From the NCBI RefSeq assembly GCF_006345805.1, contig NW_021833798.1, forward strand, positions 1 through 55,348: 55,348 nt of DNA, in the 5' to 3' direction. The DNA comes from Octopus sinensis. Its lineage: Eukaryota. Positions 34,372-46,787 of this stretch are shown here, piece by piece (position 1 is the stretch's first letter; every line of letters begins with the position of its first letter). Under the pieces are notes generated by a model that did not search any database, was not told where the DNA came from, and was given only the letters and a program-made list of their open reading frames with translations. Made by a program: the position numbers and the translations under genes.

Positions 34372-34982
34372 TATTCTATTTTAGAGCAGCGACCAGTCTT
34401 ATCGCACGCCGCTATGGATTTCACCATGGCGATTCTGTTGGTTCTGGTCATCCGTAGAGACAGAAAATGTAAACAACAATACGATAAAAGAAAATATAAA
34501 ATATTTGTTTTTGATTCGTTCTTTTTTGTGTATATTCCTTGTTCTTAAATATTGTGTGTGTATATACACATGTTTCGTTCTTTTTTGTGTATATTCCTTT
34601 TTTTCTTAAATATTGCGTGTGTATACATAAAAGTATTTGTGCGTATAGACACGGAGAAAGTTTGTAAACAGAAATGAAATTTTTGATTTTTTTTTGCAGT
34701 ATATATATATATATATACCCAAGCAATTTTAAACATAAATTTAACAAATATATTCTCATATGCAGATAGTTGTAGTATATAATTATAGTTATGATACACT
34801 TAATAAAATGTATTTGAATGGCAGCGGATGTTTAGAAATGATTAATATTTATAGAAAAATCGCAAAAATGGAAATTGCTAACTTCATAACCATCAACGTT
34901 TGCAGCTGATTTAAGTGGAGATTTAATGAATTAGGGAAACGATTTGTTGGTAAGGACTTTCTAGTATATTGTAACTTATATT

Positions 34983-35890
34983 TTGTATTTTATATATATA
35001 TTTACTCTTTTTACTCTTTTACTTGTTTCAGTCATTTGACTGTGGCCATGCTGGAGCACCGCCTTTATTCAAGCAAATCGACCCCGGGACTTATTCTTTG
35101 TAAGCCCAGTACTTATTCTATCGGTCTATTTTGCCAAACCACTAAGTGACGGGGACGTAAACACACCAGCATCGGTTGTCAAGCAACGCTAAGGGGACAA
35201 ATGCAGACACACAAACACACACATACATAATATATATATATACATATATACGACAGGCTTCTTTCAGTTTCTGTCTACCAAATCCACTCACAATGCATTG
35301 GTTGGCCCAGGGCTATAGCAGAAGACACTTACCCAAGATGCCATGCAGTGGGACTGAACGCGGAACCATGTGGTTGGTTAGCAAGCTACTTACCACACAA
35401 AATAATTTAATTAATTGTATTTATTTTCTAATAATGATAATTTATAGTTTGTTATTCTTTTCTTATATAAGTTAAAATGTTATTTTTATAGATATAATAA
35501 ATATATAGGTGCAGGAGTGGCTGTGTGGTAAGTAGCTTGCTTACCAACCACATGGTTCCGGGTTCAGTCCCACTGCGTGGCACCTTGGGCAAGTGTCTTC
35601 TACTATAGCCTCGGGCCGACCAAAGCCTTGTGAGTGGATTTGGTAGACGGAAACTGAAAGAAGCCCGTCTTATATATGTATATATATATATGCGTGTGTG
35701 TGATTGTGTGTCTGTGTTTGTCCCCCCCAACATCGCTTGACAACCGATGTTGGTGTGTTTACCTCCACGTAACTTAACGGTTCGGCAAAACAGACCGCCA
35801 GAATAAGTACTAGGCTTACAAAGAATAAGTCCTGGGGTCGATTTGCTCCAGCATGGCCGCAGTCAAATGACTGAAATAAGTAAAAGAGAA
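34983..35890. mobile_element. Two SINE A copies, head-to-head (34983-35398 minus; 35505-35890 plus)
   Basis: Family homology. Confidence 0.78.
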
Positions 35891-36084
35891 CGGTTTGCCC
35901 AAAAAGACAAATCCAAGGGAGACAACTAACGAAAGAAGCAACCCAAGAGTAGAGCCCCTTGATTCATGAGTGCTGTCTGTGAAACAGGTTTCTCACCGTG
36001 TATCCAACGAGCGTATGACAAATGGGTTTCTTGGGCCTGAAAATGAAATGCAGGCTTGCAGCATATCCTGTGCCGGCGTGTTAG

Positions 36085-36684
36085 GGATCTTTTCGGTTTG
36101 AACGGCAGTTTGTAACATAATTTCTAGGTAACTAAAAAGTTTTAAACTTCGTATACTGGTAGAATGTGTTTATAAAACATCTTTTTCTCTTGGCTTTATT
36201 GAGAAAATTCTATGGTTTGTAAGATATTTGTTGCTTTTTTTCTTCAATTTCTGCAATTTCAACCAATCAATGACGTCTATCGAGGTGAAAAACATTCTGT
36301 GCCGTATGAATATGTCCCTCGTTTAAGGAACAGATTGGGTTAATGGATCTTTTCGGTTTGAACGGCAGTTTTTAAAAAATAATTTCCACGTAACTAAACA
36401 CTTTTAAACTTCGTATACTGGTAGAATGTGTTTATAAAACATTATTTTCTCTTGGCTTTATTGAGAAAATTCTATAGTTTGTAAGATTTTTCGTCTGAAA
36501 ATTTGAGCATTTCGGCAATTTTAACCAATCAATTACCTCCAATGAACTAAAATCATTTGCTGCGTCTAAAACTGAGACAACATCCTGTAACTAACCCTAA
36601 ACCTCCCCCTAACCCTAACCCCAACCCTTTTTTTTTTTTCTTAATTGTTAAATTAATTTATTTGTTACGCGAAGGAAAAGATCC
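36085..36684. mobile_element. Composite or rearranged MITE of the GGATCTTTTC-terminus family
   Basis: GGATCTTTTCGGTTTGAACGGCAG at 36085 and 36345, GAAAAGATCC ending 36684; interior is reverse-complement-homologous to 44176-44572; TAACCC repeats at ~36590-36626. Confidence 0.65.
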
Positions 36685-36965
36685 CATGTTACTAAGGTAC
36701 AGATGTGTAGAGCTTGCTAGTAAATAGTGTTTTACCATAAGCATCAACCATTCCACCTATAGAGCATGCTACAGTAAGGTAAGCCAGACAGTTTTTGTAA
36801 CAGTGTTATTTCTATACAGGTTAGTACGGTACCTTGACTCACAAGTGTTGTCATATTGTTTGTGAAATACTAGGGTCAACTTTTATGCGGGGTCTATGGA
36901 AAATTCCCAGTTTTTTGGTCAAAAATAGGGTTTCGACTTTTACATGAGATTGACTATTACTCGAG

Positions 36966-37462
36966 TATGTGTGTGTGTGTGTATGTATGTATGTGTGTGT
37001 GTATGTAGGTATGTATGTATATATGTATGTATGTGTGTATGTATGTATGTATGTGTGTATGTAGGTATGTATGTATATATGTATGTATGTATGTGTGTGT
37101 GTGTGTGTATGTATGTATGAGTGTATGTATGTATGTATGTATGCATGTATGTGTGTGTGTATGTATGTAAGTATGATGTATGTATACATGTATGTATGTA
37201 TGTATGCATGTATATATGTATGTATGCATGTATGTATGCATGTATATATGTATGTGTGTGTGTGCGTATGTATGTATGTATGTATGAGTGTATGTATGTA
37301 TGCATGTAAGTATGTATGTATGCATGTATGTATGTATGTATGCATGTATGTATGTATGTATGTGTGTATGTATGTATGTGTGTGTGTGTGCGTATGTATG
37401 TATGTATGAGTGTATGTATGTATGCATGTATGTATGCATGTATGCATGCATGCATGTATGTA

Positions 37463-37519
<57 letters not shown>

Positions 37520-37552
37520 ATGCATGCATGCATGCATGATGTATGTATGTAT
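36966..37552. repeat. (TATG)n/(TG)n compound microsatellite
   Basis: Visible directly. Confidence 0.95.
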
Positions 37553-37589
37553 GTTATGTCAGGTCACTTTCAAGTGCTACTGGTAACAT

Positions 37590-37755
37590 ATAACCCAGTA
37601 CAATCTGTTGCATGGTCAGGTCGTCAGCGACTAAACTGGCAACCCCACCAAGCTTGCTTGGTGAGGAGGATGTGTATTGGACACTCTGCGGGATGAAAAA
37701 CAAAACCCGTCAAAGGGCGGAAGAACTCTTGAGAGTCAACGGCCATCCAATAAAT
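37590..37755 (+). repeat. Interspersed repeat of unknown class; second copy inverted at 48824-48990
   Basis: AACCCAGTACAA..TGCATGGTC.GGTCGTC.GCGACTAA..TGGCAACCCCACCAAGCTTGCTTGGTGAGGAGG..GCCATCCAATAAA is shared between the two loci. Confidence 0.7.
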
Positions 37756-38382
37756 GTCTTAAGGCTGTATCATGCGCAGGGACATAGAAATAATCGGACT
37801 GAATACCCAATCGTGTGGTTAAATCATTGAGAGTGAAGGACTCCTAGCCTTTGTTAGGGCATCCTTCTAGGCGAAGGTAACTCAGGTAACTGGGATAACT
37901 CCGACATAAAACCTGCGGCTCAGTGGTTACCGATGATGTTGACTTGTTCTTCTTTTCGGATTATGGCTGCTGTTGCTTAGAGAGTGGGATTGACTCAGTG
38001 CACAGCCTTTCCACACTTAAAAAAAAAAATCTTCTTGCACGGGCATTGCATGAGAACAACATTGATTAAGCTTCGTGCAATGGCCATACTCGATAACGAG
38101 GGGGCAGCCACCATGTATGGTATGTATGTATACCATCATCATCATCATCATCACCGTTTAACGTCCGTTTTCCATGCTAGCATGGGTTGGACGGTTCGAC
38201 CGGGATCTGGGAAGCCAGGAGGCTGCACCAGGCTCCAATCTTGATCTGGCAGTGTTTCTACGGCTGGATGCCCTTCCTAACGCCAACCACTCCGCGAGTG
38301 GTTGGTGCCAGGGAAGGCTGGCAGCGGTCACGATCGGTTGATGCTTTTTACATGCCACCGGCACACGCATACATACACACGC

Positions 38383-38427
<45 letters not shown>

Positions 38428-38476
38428 ACTGCAGCTTTAAAGCTGAAACAACTTTAAAGAGTTTAAAGAATGACAG

Positions 38477-38660
38477 GAGTAGCTGTGTGGTAAGTAGCTT
38501 GCTTACCAACCACATGGTTCCTGGTTCAGTCCCACTGAGTGGCACCTTAGGCAAGTGTCTTCTACTATAGCCTCAGGCCGACCAAAGCCTTGTAAGGGAT
38601 TTGGTAGACGGAAACTGAAAGAAGCCCGTCGTATATATGTATATATATTGTATATAATAT

Positions 38661-38697
<37 letters not shown>

Positions 38698-39102
38698 AAG
38701 TGACTTTGTTATTGATGTGAAATCCTTAAAAAATATACCACGACGTCTATACATTTCTAACCTTGAACTCTCAACCTTGAACTTGTTCGCATATAAACGT
38801 CCCGTTCGTTTTATTTTTATTTTCTCATATATTATCCCTTTTTTTTACATTCATTTCATGATCTTTGACTTCTGGCCGAAATCAGATCGCCATGTTGATT
38901 CGCTAGCCTCTGCACGCATTTTTTTCTCTCCTTCTTTCTGTGTTTTTTCTCTGTGTATCTTTCTGTTGAAGAGCGTAGGCTCGAAACGTTAAAGACTTGT
39001 TTTATTTATATTTCCTGAGCGCCATACTAATACAATTGTTTGTTTGTATTCCACCTGCCTTCGTCTTTTATTTATTTCCGTAAACCTTTTCATAAAGCTT
39101 CC

Positions 39103-39141
<39 letters not shown>

Positions 39142-39345
39142 TATGTTTGTGTGTCTGTGTTTGTCTCTCCAATATCGCTTGACAACCGATACTGGTGTGT
39201 TTATGTCCCCGTAACTTAGCGGTTCGGCAAAAGAGGCTGACAGAATAAGTACTAGGCTTACAAAGAATAAGTCCTGGGGGTCGATTTGCTCTACTAAAGG
39301 CGGTGCTCCACCATGGCCGCAGTCAAAGTAAAAGAAAGTAAAAGA
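38477..39345 (+). mobile_element. SINE A split at its (TA)n by a Penelope-leader-like fragment (~38700-39100)
   Basis: Head 38477-38640, tail ~39140-39345; the middle carries a hammerhead-like motif. Confidence 0.7.
38958..38995 (+). ncRNA. Minimal hammerhead-ribozyme-like motif with variant core
   Basis: TCTTT-CTGTTGA-A-GAGC GTAG GCTC-GAAA-CGTT-AAAGA. Confidence 0.5.
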
Positions 39346-39349
39346 GTAT

Positions 39350-42300
39350 ACCACCACCGTTGCCACCACTCTGTGACTACTACCATTGCTATCATCGCCA
39401 ACGCAATCAGCATCACAAACACCACCACCACCACCACCACCACCACCACCATCACCATCACCACCACCACCACCATCACCACCACCACCACCACCTCCAC
39501 CACCATCACCACCACCACCACCACCACCACCATCACCACCATCACCACCCCCATCACCATCACACCACATCACCATCACCACCACCACCACCACCTCCAC
39601 CACCATCACCACCACCACCACCGCACCACCATCACCACACCCCATCACACACCACCGCCACACCATCACCACAACACCACAATCACCACCATCACCACCA
39701 CACCACCATCACCACCACCACAACCACATCCACCACCACCAACCAACGCCATCACCGCCATCACCACCACCATCACCATCACCACCACCACCCACCACCA
39801 CCACCATCACCACCATCACCACCACCATCACCATCACCACCACCACCACCACCATCACCACCATCACCACCACACCACCATCACCACCACCACCACCATC
39901 ACCACCACCACCATCACCACCATCACCACCACCATCACCATCACCACCACCACCACCACAATCACCACCATCACCACCACACCACCATCACCACACCAAC
40001 CCATCACCACCACCACCATCACCACCACCACCACCACCACCATCACCACCACCACCCACCACCATCACCACCACACCAACGCCATCACCGCCATCACCAC
40101 CACCATCACCATCACCACCACCACCACCACCATCACCACCATCACCACCATCACCACCATCACCACCACCATCACCATCACACCCCACCACCACCACCTC
40201 CACCACCATCACCACCACCACCACCGCCACCACCATCACCACCACACCATCACCACCAACCGCCACCACCATCACCACCACCATCACCATCACCACCACC
40301 ACCATCACCACCACCACCATCACCACCATCACCACCACCATCACCATCACCACCACCACCACCACCATCACCACCATCACCACCACACCACCATCACCAC
40401 CAACAACCACCATCAACACCACCACCATCACCACCACACCAACAACCATCAACCACCACCACCCCACCACCATCACCACCACCACCATCACCACCATCAC
40501 CACCACCATCACCATCACACACCACCACCACCATCACCACCATCACCACCACACCACCATCACCACCACCACCACCATCACCACCACCACCATCACACCA
40601 CCCCCACCACCATCACCACCACCACCACCACATCACCACCACCACCAACACCATCCCACCCACAACCACCACCCCCCCCCATCACCACCATCACCACACA
40701 CCACCACCACCACCATCACCACCATCACCACCATCACCACCATCACCACCACCATCACCATCAACCACCACCACACCACCGCCACCACCATCACCACCAC
40801 CACCACAGCCACCACCATCCCCACCACCACCATCACCACCACGCCACCACCATCACCACCACCACCACCATCACCACCACCACCATCACCACCACCACAT
40901 CACCACCATCCACCACCATCACCATCACCACCACCACCACCACATCACCACCATCACCACCACACCACCATCACCACCACACCACCTCACCACCCCACCA
41001 CCATCACCACCATCACCACACCATCAACCATCACCACCACCACCATCACCACCACCACCATCACCACCATCACCACCACCATCACCATCACCACCACCAC
41101 CACCACCATCACCACCATCACCACCACACCACCATCACCACCACCACCACCATCACCACCACCACCATCACCACCACCACCACCACCACCATCACCACCA
41201 CCACCACCACCATCACCACCACCACCAACGCCATCACCGCCATCACCACCACCATCACCATCACCACCACCACCACCACCATCACCACCATCACCACCAT
41301 CACCACCATCACCACCACCATCACCATCACCACCATCACCACCACCACCACCACCATCACCACCACCACCACCATCACCGCCATCACCACCACCATCACC
41401 ATCACCACCACCACCACCACCATCACCACCACCACCACCATCACCACCATCACCACCACCATCACCATCACCACCACCACCACCACCTCCACCACCATCA
41501 CCACCACCGCCACCACCATCACCACCACCACCATCACCACCACCGCCACCACCATCACCACCAACACCACAATCACCACCATCACCACCACCACCACCAT
41601 CACCACCACCACCACCACCATCACCACCACCACCAACGCCATCACCGCCATCACCAACACCACCATCACCACTACCAACACCACAATCACCACCACACCA
41701 CCATCACCACCACCACCACCATCACCACCGCCATCACCGCCATCACCAACACCACCATCACCACTACCAACACCACAATACACCACATCACCACCACCAC
41801 CACCATCACCACCACCACCACCGCCATCACCGCCATCACCAACACCACCATCACCACTACCAACACCACAATCAACACCACACCACCATCACACCACCAC
41901 CCACCACCACCACCACCACCACCTTCTATCGCAACTATAACCGCCGCCACCACCACTACTACCGCTGTCACCATTGTCATCATTACCCCAATCATCAATA
42001 CCACTGGTCCCCTTCCATCGCCACCTACTAACACCGCCTCCACTGCCACCACCACCACCTCCTCTTCCACCACGAGCACCGCCGTCATCACTACCACTAC
42101 CACCACCACAAAAACCACTGCTAGCTCCCCCCCATCAACACCACTGCACCGCCAATAACAACAACAACACCGCCATGAACTCTCACTACTACATCTACCA
42201 CCTCCACTACTACCTCTACTGCCATAACCACCACCACCACCACCACAAAAGCCACTGCTAGCTCCACCACCACCTCCATCAACACCACTGCGCCGCCACC

Positions 42301-42680
42301 ACCAACAACAACACCGCCATGAACACCCATACTACATATACTACCTCCACTACTACCTATACTGCCATAACACACCACCACCACCACCACAAAAGCCACT
42401 GCTAGCTCCACCACCACCTCCATCAACACACTGCGCCGCCACCACCAACAACAACACCGCCATGAACACCCACTACTACATATACTACCTCCACTACTAC
42501 CTATACTGCCATAACCACCACCACCACCACCACAAAAGCCACTGCTAGCTCCACCACCACCTCCATCAACACCACTGCGCCGCCACCACCAACAACAACA
42601 CCGCCATGAACACCCACTACTACATATACTACCTCCACTACTACCTATACTGCCATAACCACCACCACCACCTCCATCAA
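39350..42680 (+). repeat. 3.3-kb (CAC/CAT)n trinucleotide tract with a diverged ~140-bp higher-order repeat at its right end
   Basis: Visible directly; all three plus frames lack stops for more than 2.5 kb because of composition. Confidence 0.92.
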
Positions 42681-43584
42681 GAACGGCGTCGCCATTCCCA
42701 TCGCCACCAATTCGTTTGATTTCCGCATTTTACCAGAACATAACAATACCAGCGTTGACTTGGAAGGAGCGGCTGTGATTCACTGATTGGTCGAGCATTT
42801 AAGTAGCATTTTGCCTGGTCTTTGCGATCCAGCTACTCTGTAAAGTTCCACTTGTGAAGAGCAATTGAGAGTGATTCCATTATCCTAATGTGATGGTGGT
42901 GGTGGTGATGGTGGTGGTTATGATGGTGTTAGCGGTGTGAGGGGAGAGTTAGTCTGGTGAGATCAGGAAGTACCAGAAAAAAGATCTAAAGCCACTCGCT
43001 TCTTATGGTTGTGGTGTGTGTGTGTGCGTATGGTTGTGTGTATGTGTGTGTGTGTAGTAGGTACTTAAGGACTGTTATGGCCATTACTCAGAGTTTCATA
43101 GACACGAAAGCATATGTTCAGATGAGGAAAATCCTTGACCGAATTTGAGCGGAAATGGGGTGGGCTCCCTATTGGTCACTGGAAAGCTAGTTTCCTGCTA
43201 GAAATGTAGGGTCACTTGCTGAACGATGTTGAAAACTGTTGTATAAATCACTGCAATGTGATATTAAAATGGTTCTACTAGGGAGCAACGTATCACTTCT
43301 CCACCATGCATAAATACCACAAATTTTTTTCAATAATCATGGTATTTAGGCTTTTAGTCTTGCATAGATGAGTGTGAGTGAGTGACCACCTTCGGTTATG
43401 AATGACCATGGAATTGCACCTAGAAAGTTACCCTCCGAGGTACAAGTCTGGGCAAGGTTGTTTATGGAAGATCAGCAGTCGCCTATGCATACCAGCCTCC
43501 ACTCTCCACGCCACCGATGTTATCCAAGGGAAAGGCAAAGGGGGCCGATATAGCTTGGCACCAGTGACGTCGCAGCTCATTTAC

Positions 43585-44105
43585 TAACGTGCAAGTGGCT
43601 GAGCACTCCACAGACACGTGTACCCTTAACGTAGTTCTCGAGGAGATTCAGCGTGACACAGAGTGTGACAAGGCTGGCCCTTTGAAATAACAGGTACAAC
43701 AAAAACAAGAAGAAAGAGAGAGAGAAAGTTGTGGTGAAAGAGTACAGTAGGGTAGTAAAGAAATAGGTAGTTCGTCTGCCGATACTTCGTTCAGAGTTCA
43801 AATTCCGCCGAGGTCGACTTTGCCTTTCATCTCCTCGAGGTCGATAAATTAAGTACCAGTTGCGTACTGGAGTCGATCTATTCAACTGGCCCCCTTCTCC
43901 AAAATTTCGGGTCTTGTGTAGCACACCGGGCGAAATGCTTAGCTGTATTTCATCTGCTGGTATTTCGTTCTGAGTTCAAATTCCGCCTAGATCGACTTTG
44001 CCTTTCGTCCTTTCGGGGTCGATTAAATAAGTACCAATTACGCACTGGGGTCGATAAAACCTTTGTTTCTCTCCTCTATGTTTAGCCCCCTGTGGACAAT
44101 AAAAA
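43585..44105. mobile_element. Cluster of partial SINE C (minus) and SINE B (minus, then plus) copies
   Basis: Homology to 45643-46027 and 1118-1350. Confidence 0.7.
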
Positions 44106-44175
44106 AATAAATATCTGGTAGCTGTTTTTTGTCTTTAATATACAAAGACAGAAACTTGTTTGCAGTAACAACTTG

Positions 44176-44572
44176 GGATCTTTTCGGTTTGACCGGCAGT
44201 TTTTTCTAGCGGTGTCATATGAAATTGTCACCCATAATTATGACCCTAGTATCGATCTATTGCTTTTCAATCTGTTTTGGGGTTAAGGGTGGGGGGGAAG
44301 TGTATCTTTGTTTCTTCAGAAATGTAAATAAACCCAATCTGTTTCTTAAACGAGGGACATATTCATACGGCACAGAATGTTTTCACCTCGATAGACGTCA
44401 TTGATTGGTTGAAATTGCAGAAATTGAAGAAAAAACAACAAATATCTTACAAACTATAGAATTTTCTCAATAAAGCCAAGAGAAAAAGATGTTTTATAAA
44501 CACATTCTACCAGTATACGAAGTTTAAAAGTGTTTAGTTACAAAGAAACTGCCGGTCAAAGCGAAAAGATCC
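44176..44572. mobile_element. 397-bp MITE with 27-bp TIRs and a perfect 8-bp TSD
   Basis: TIR GGATCTTTTCGGTTTGACCGGCAGTTT with one mismatch to the right TIR; TSD ACAACTTG at 44168-44175 and 44573-44580. Confidence 0.9.
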
Positions 44573-44904
44573 ACAACTTGTGCATCTCGCCTACTCATGT
44601 AGATTTTTTTTACCTTTTACTTCTTTGTTTCTTTTCTTTTTTATTCCTTCTTTTTTTTTTTTTTTTGCTTTCGGTATTTTGTAATTTGCATTTCATTGTG
44701 TAGGAGGTCGTCGCGAGCATGGTCTGTGCACAACGTGTTTTACCGCGCTTATTGTAATCCACGCAGCTACCACAAATATGCACTGCCGTCACCACCACCA
44801 CCACTACTATCACCACCACCGCCGCTCCTCCTGGTATTCTACTAATGCTACACAAACATTGTTAGCAGCTTCTGATGCTACTATCCTCGTAGTTCTCTCC
44901 CTCC

Positions 44905-44944
<40 letters not shown>

Positions 44945-45609
44945 GTCTTTCATTATCATCATTGTTATCGTGACGTTATCAGCAGCTACTGTGACTGCTG
45001 AAGCGGCGGAGGCGACGGAGACGGAGGTGGTATTTGCTTTCAACGACCCGCCTCTGAATTGCTGTGAACCTTGCTATTGCGAGTTATCTGTCCTTAACTG
45101 CAACCCAGTATCTTGACACACACACACACTGGCGCACACACACGGGCGCACACACACACGCAGGTGCACACACACACGCAGGCACACACACACACACACA
45201 CACACACACGCAGGCACACACACACACGCAGACGCACCCACACGCAGGCGCACACACACACAGGCGCATACACACGCCGGCGCACACACACGCAGGCACA
45301 CACACACACACGCAGGCGCTCACACACACACGCACACACGAAGGCGCGCGCACACACACACACATACATACACGGGCGCGCACAGGTAGACTAATACGCA
45401 GATATATGTATATAGTCATATACGTACACACACACACACACACGCAGGCACGCACACGAGGGGTTGCTGAAAAGATCCTGGCTTTAAAGGGTATAACGAA
45501 AGGCCTAGTTGGAGGCCCAACTCTCCGAGTGTGAATCTGAGAGGAGAACATGTTGCATAAAATCATAATTAACTGATCCTCCTCGGGATGTGCGTGTGTG
45601 TGTCTGTGT

Positions 45610-46250
45610 GGAGGCGCGTGGCTTAGTGGTTAAGGTGTCAGCTGTGGAGGTGCAATGGCCCAGTGGTTAGGGCAGCGGACTCGCGGTCGTAGGATCGCGG
45701 TTTCGATTCCCAGACCGGGCGTTGTGAGTGTTTATTGAGCGAAAACACCCAAAGCTCCACGAGGCTCCGGCAGGGGATGGTGGCGATCCCTGCTGTACTC
45801 TTTCACCACAACATTCTCTCACTCTTACTTCCTGTTTCTGTTGTACCTCTATTTCAAAGGGCCGGCCTTGTCACTCTCTGTGTCACGCTGAAAATCCCCG
45901 AGAACTACGTTAAGGGTACACATGTCTGTGGAGTGCTCAGCCACTTACACGTTAATTTCACGAGCAGGCTGTTCCGTTGATTCGGATCAACCGGAACCCT
46001 CGTCGTCGTAACCGACAGAGTGCTTCCAAGGTGTCAGCATCATGATCGTAAGATTGTGGTTTCGATTCCTGGGCCGGGCGACGCGTTGTGTTCTTGAGCA
46101 AAACACTTCATTTCACGTTGCTCCAGTCCACTCAGCTGGCAAAAATGAGTAACGCTGCGATGGACTGGCGTCCAGTCCAGCTGGGGAACACATACGCCAT
46201 AGAAACCGGGAAACCGGGCCCATGAGCCTGGCTAGGCTTTAAAAGGGCGT
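45610..46250 (+). mobile_element. SINE family D with a SINE C (45643-46027) nested in its tRNA head
   Basis: 11-bp TSD AAGGTGTCAGC at 45632-45642 and 46028-46038; removing the insert rejoins the A-box (TGGCTTAGTGG) and B-box (GGTTTCGATTCC). Confidence 0.85.
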
Positions 46251-46274
46251 ATTTATGTATTATTATTAATATTA

Positions 46275-46787
46275 TATATATATATATAAAACTGTAGTTG
46301 TGTGAGTGTCTGTCCCCTTCGATGTAGATTCCTAACTACTCCCACATTTTGCGGTGCAGTTTAACCAAATTCGGGTATCTTATAGTCGTGATTCATATCG
46401 AGCCCGTCTGAGTATTAGCGCGCGTCAACGATGTGTCTACGATTTTAAAAATAATTTAACATCATTTTTTATTCCATTTTAATGCATAATTTTTCGTGTC
46501 GATGGCGGCGGAGTTGGCGTCCATGGTCACACCTGTACCTGTTTGCTTCTCCCCCTTCTTTCCTCCCTCGTGAAGCTGTGGGGAAGGGAGTGTAAGGAAA
46601 TCAACGTCGTAAAGCGTTGTCAAGGAGACCAGCGTTCTTTTAGAACAACGACTTCATGGCTTGAAGACACCAAAACAGAAATGGCTAAGAAAGCCCGAAT
46701 TGGCATCTATAAGGGAAGTAACTCTCTAAAAATGCTTATATAGTTATTTCCCTTACAAACACGAGCAACGCCGGGCGATACTGCTAG
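46275..46787 (+). mobile_element. Helitron subfamily copy carrying the ~220-bp insert
   Basis: 3' hairpin-like GAGCAACGCCGGGCG and CTAG|T end; insert ~46490-46710 homologous to 29478-29700. Confidence 0.78.

Larger units (their letters stand above)
30355..34470 (-). mobile_element. Near full-length CR1-like LINE (~4.1 kb): ORF1, APE endonuclease and RT, with frameshifts
   Basis: APE motifs LGVVYRPP, AGDFNHP, LDL..T, SDH; RT motifs YLDFAKAF, GVPQGSVLGPLLF, YADDIKLY; C-terminal VRPHLEFASSVWNP; (ATT)n tail at ~30355-30380. Confidence 0.92.

Noticed and set aside
36590-36626. Interstitial telomere or chromosome-fusion scar
   Set aside because: Only a few imperfect TAACCC units, inside a MITE whose relative has a similar segment.
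36870-36966. Possible Tc1/mariner-type MITE end (TCGACTT...ACTCGAGTA)
   Set aside because: Only a resemblance from memory; no matching opposite TIR or TSD found.
39313-42158. Three 875-932-aa His/Thr/Pro ORFs as a mucin or His-rich protein
   Set aside because: CAC/CAT repeats cannot contain stops, all three frames are equally open, frames switch constantly, there is no signal peptide or splice site, and the VWA gene already ends at 25116.
44778-45116. 112-aa ORF with hydrophobic stretches and Cys cluster
   Set aside because: Built from (CAC)n and (CT)n runs; no convincing splice or domain support.
45645-45720. tRNA gene
   Set aside because: The tRNA-like A/B boxes are followed by a conserved SINE body present in several copies; it is a SINE head, as are similar heads in families A, B and D.
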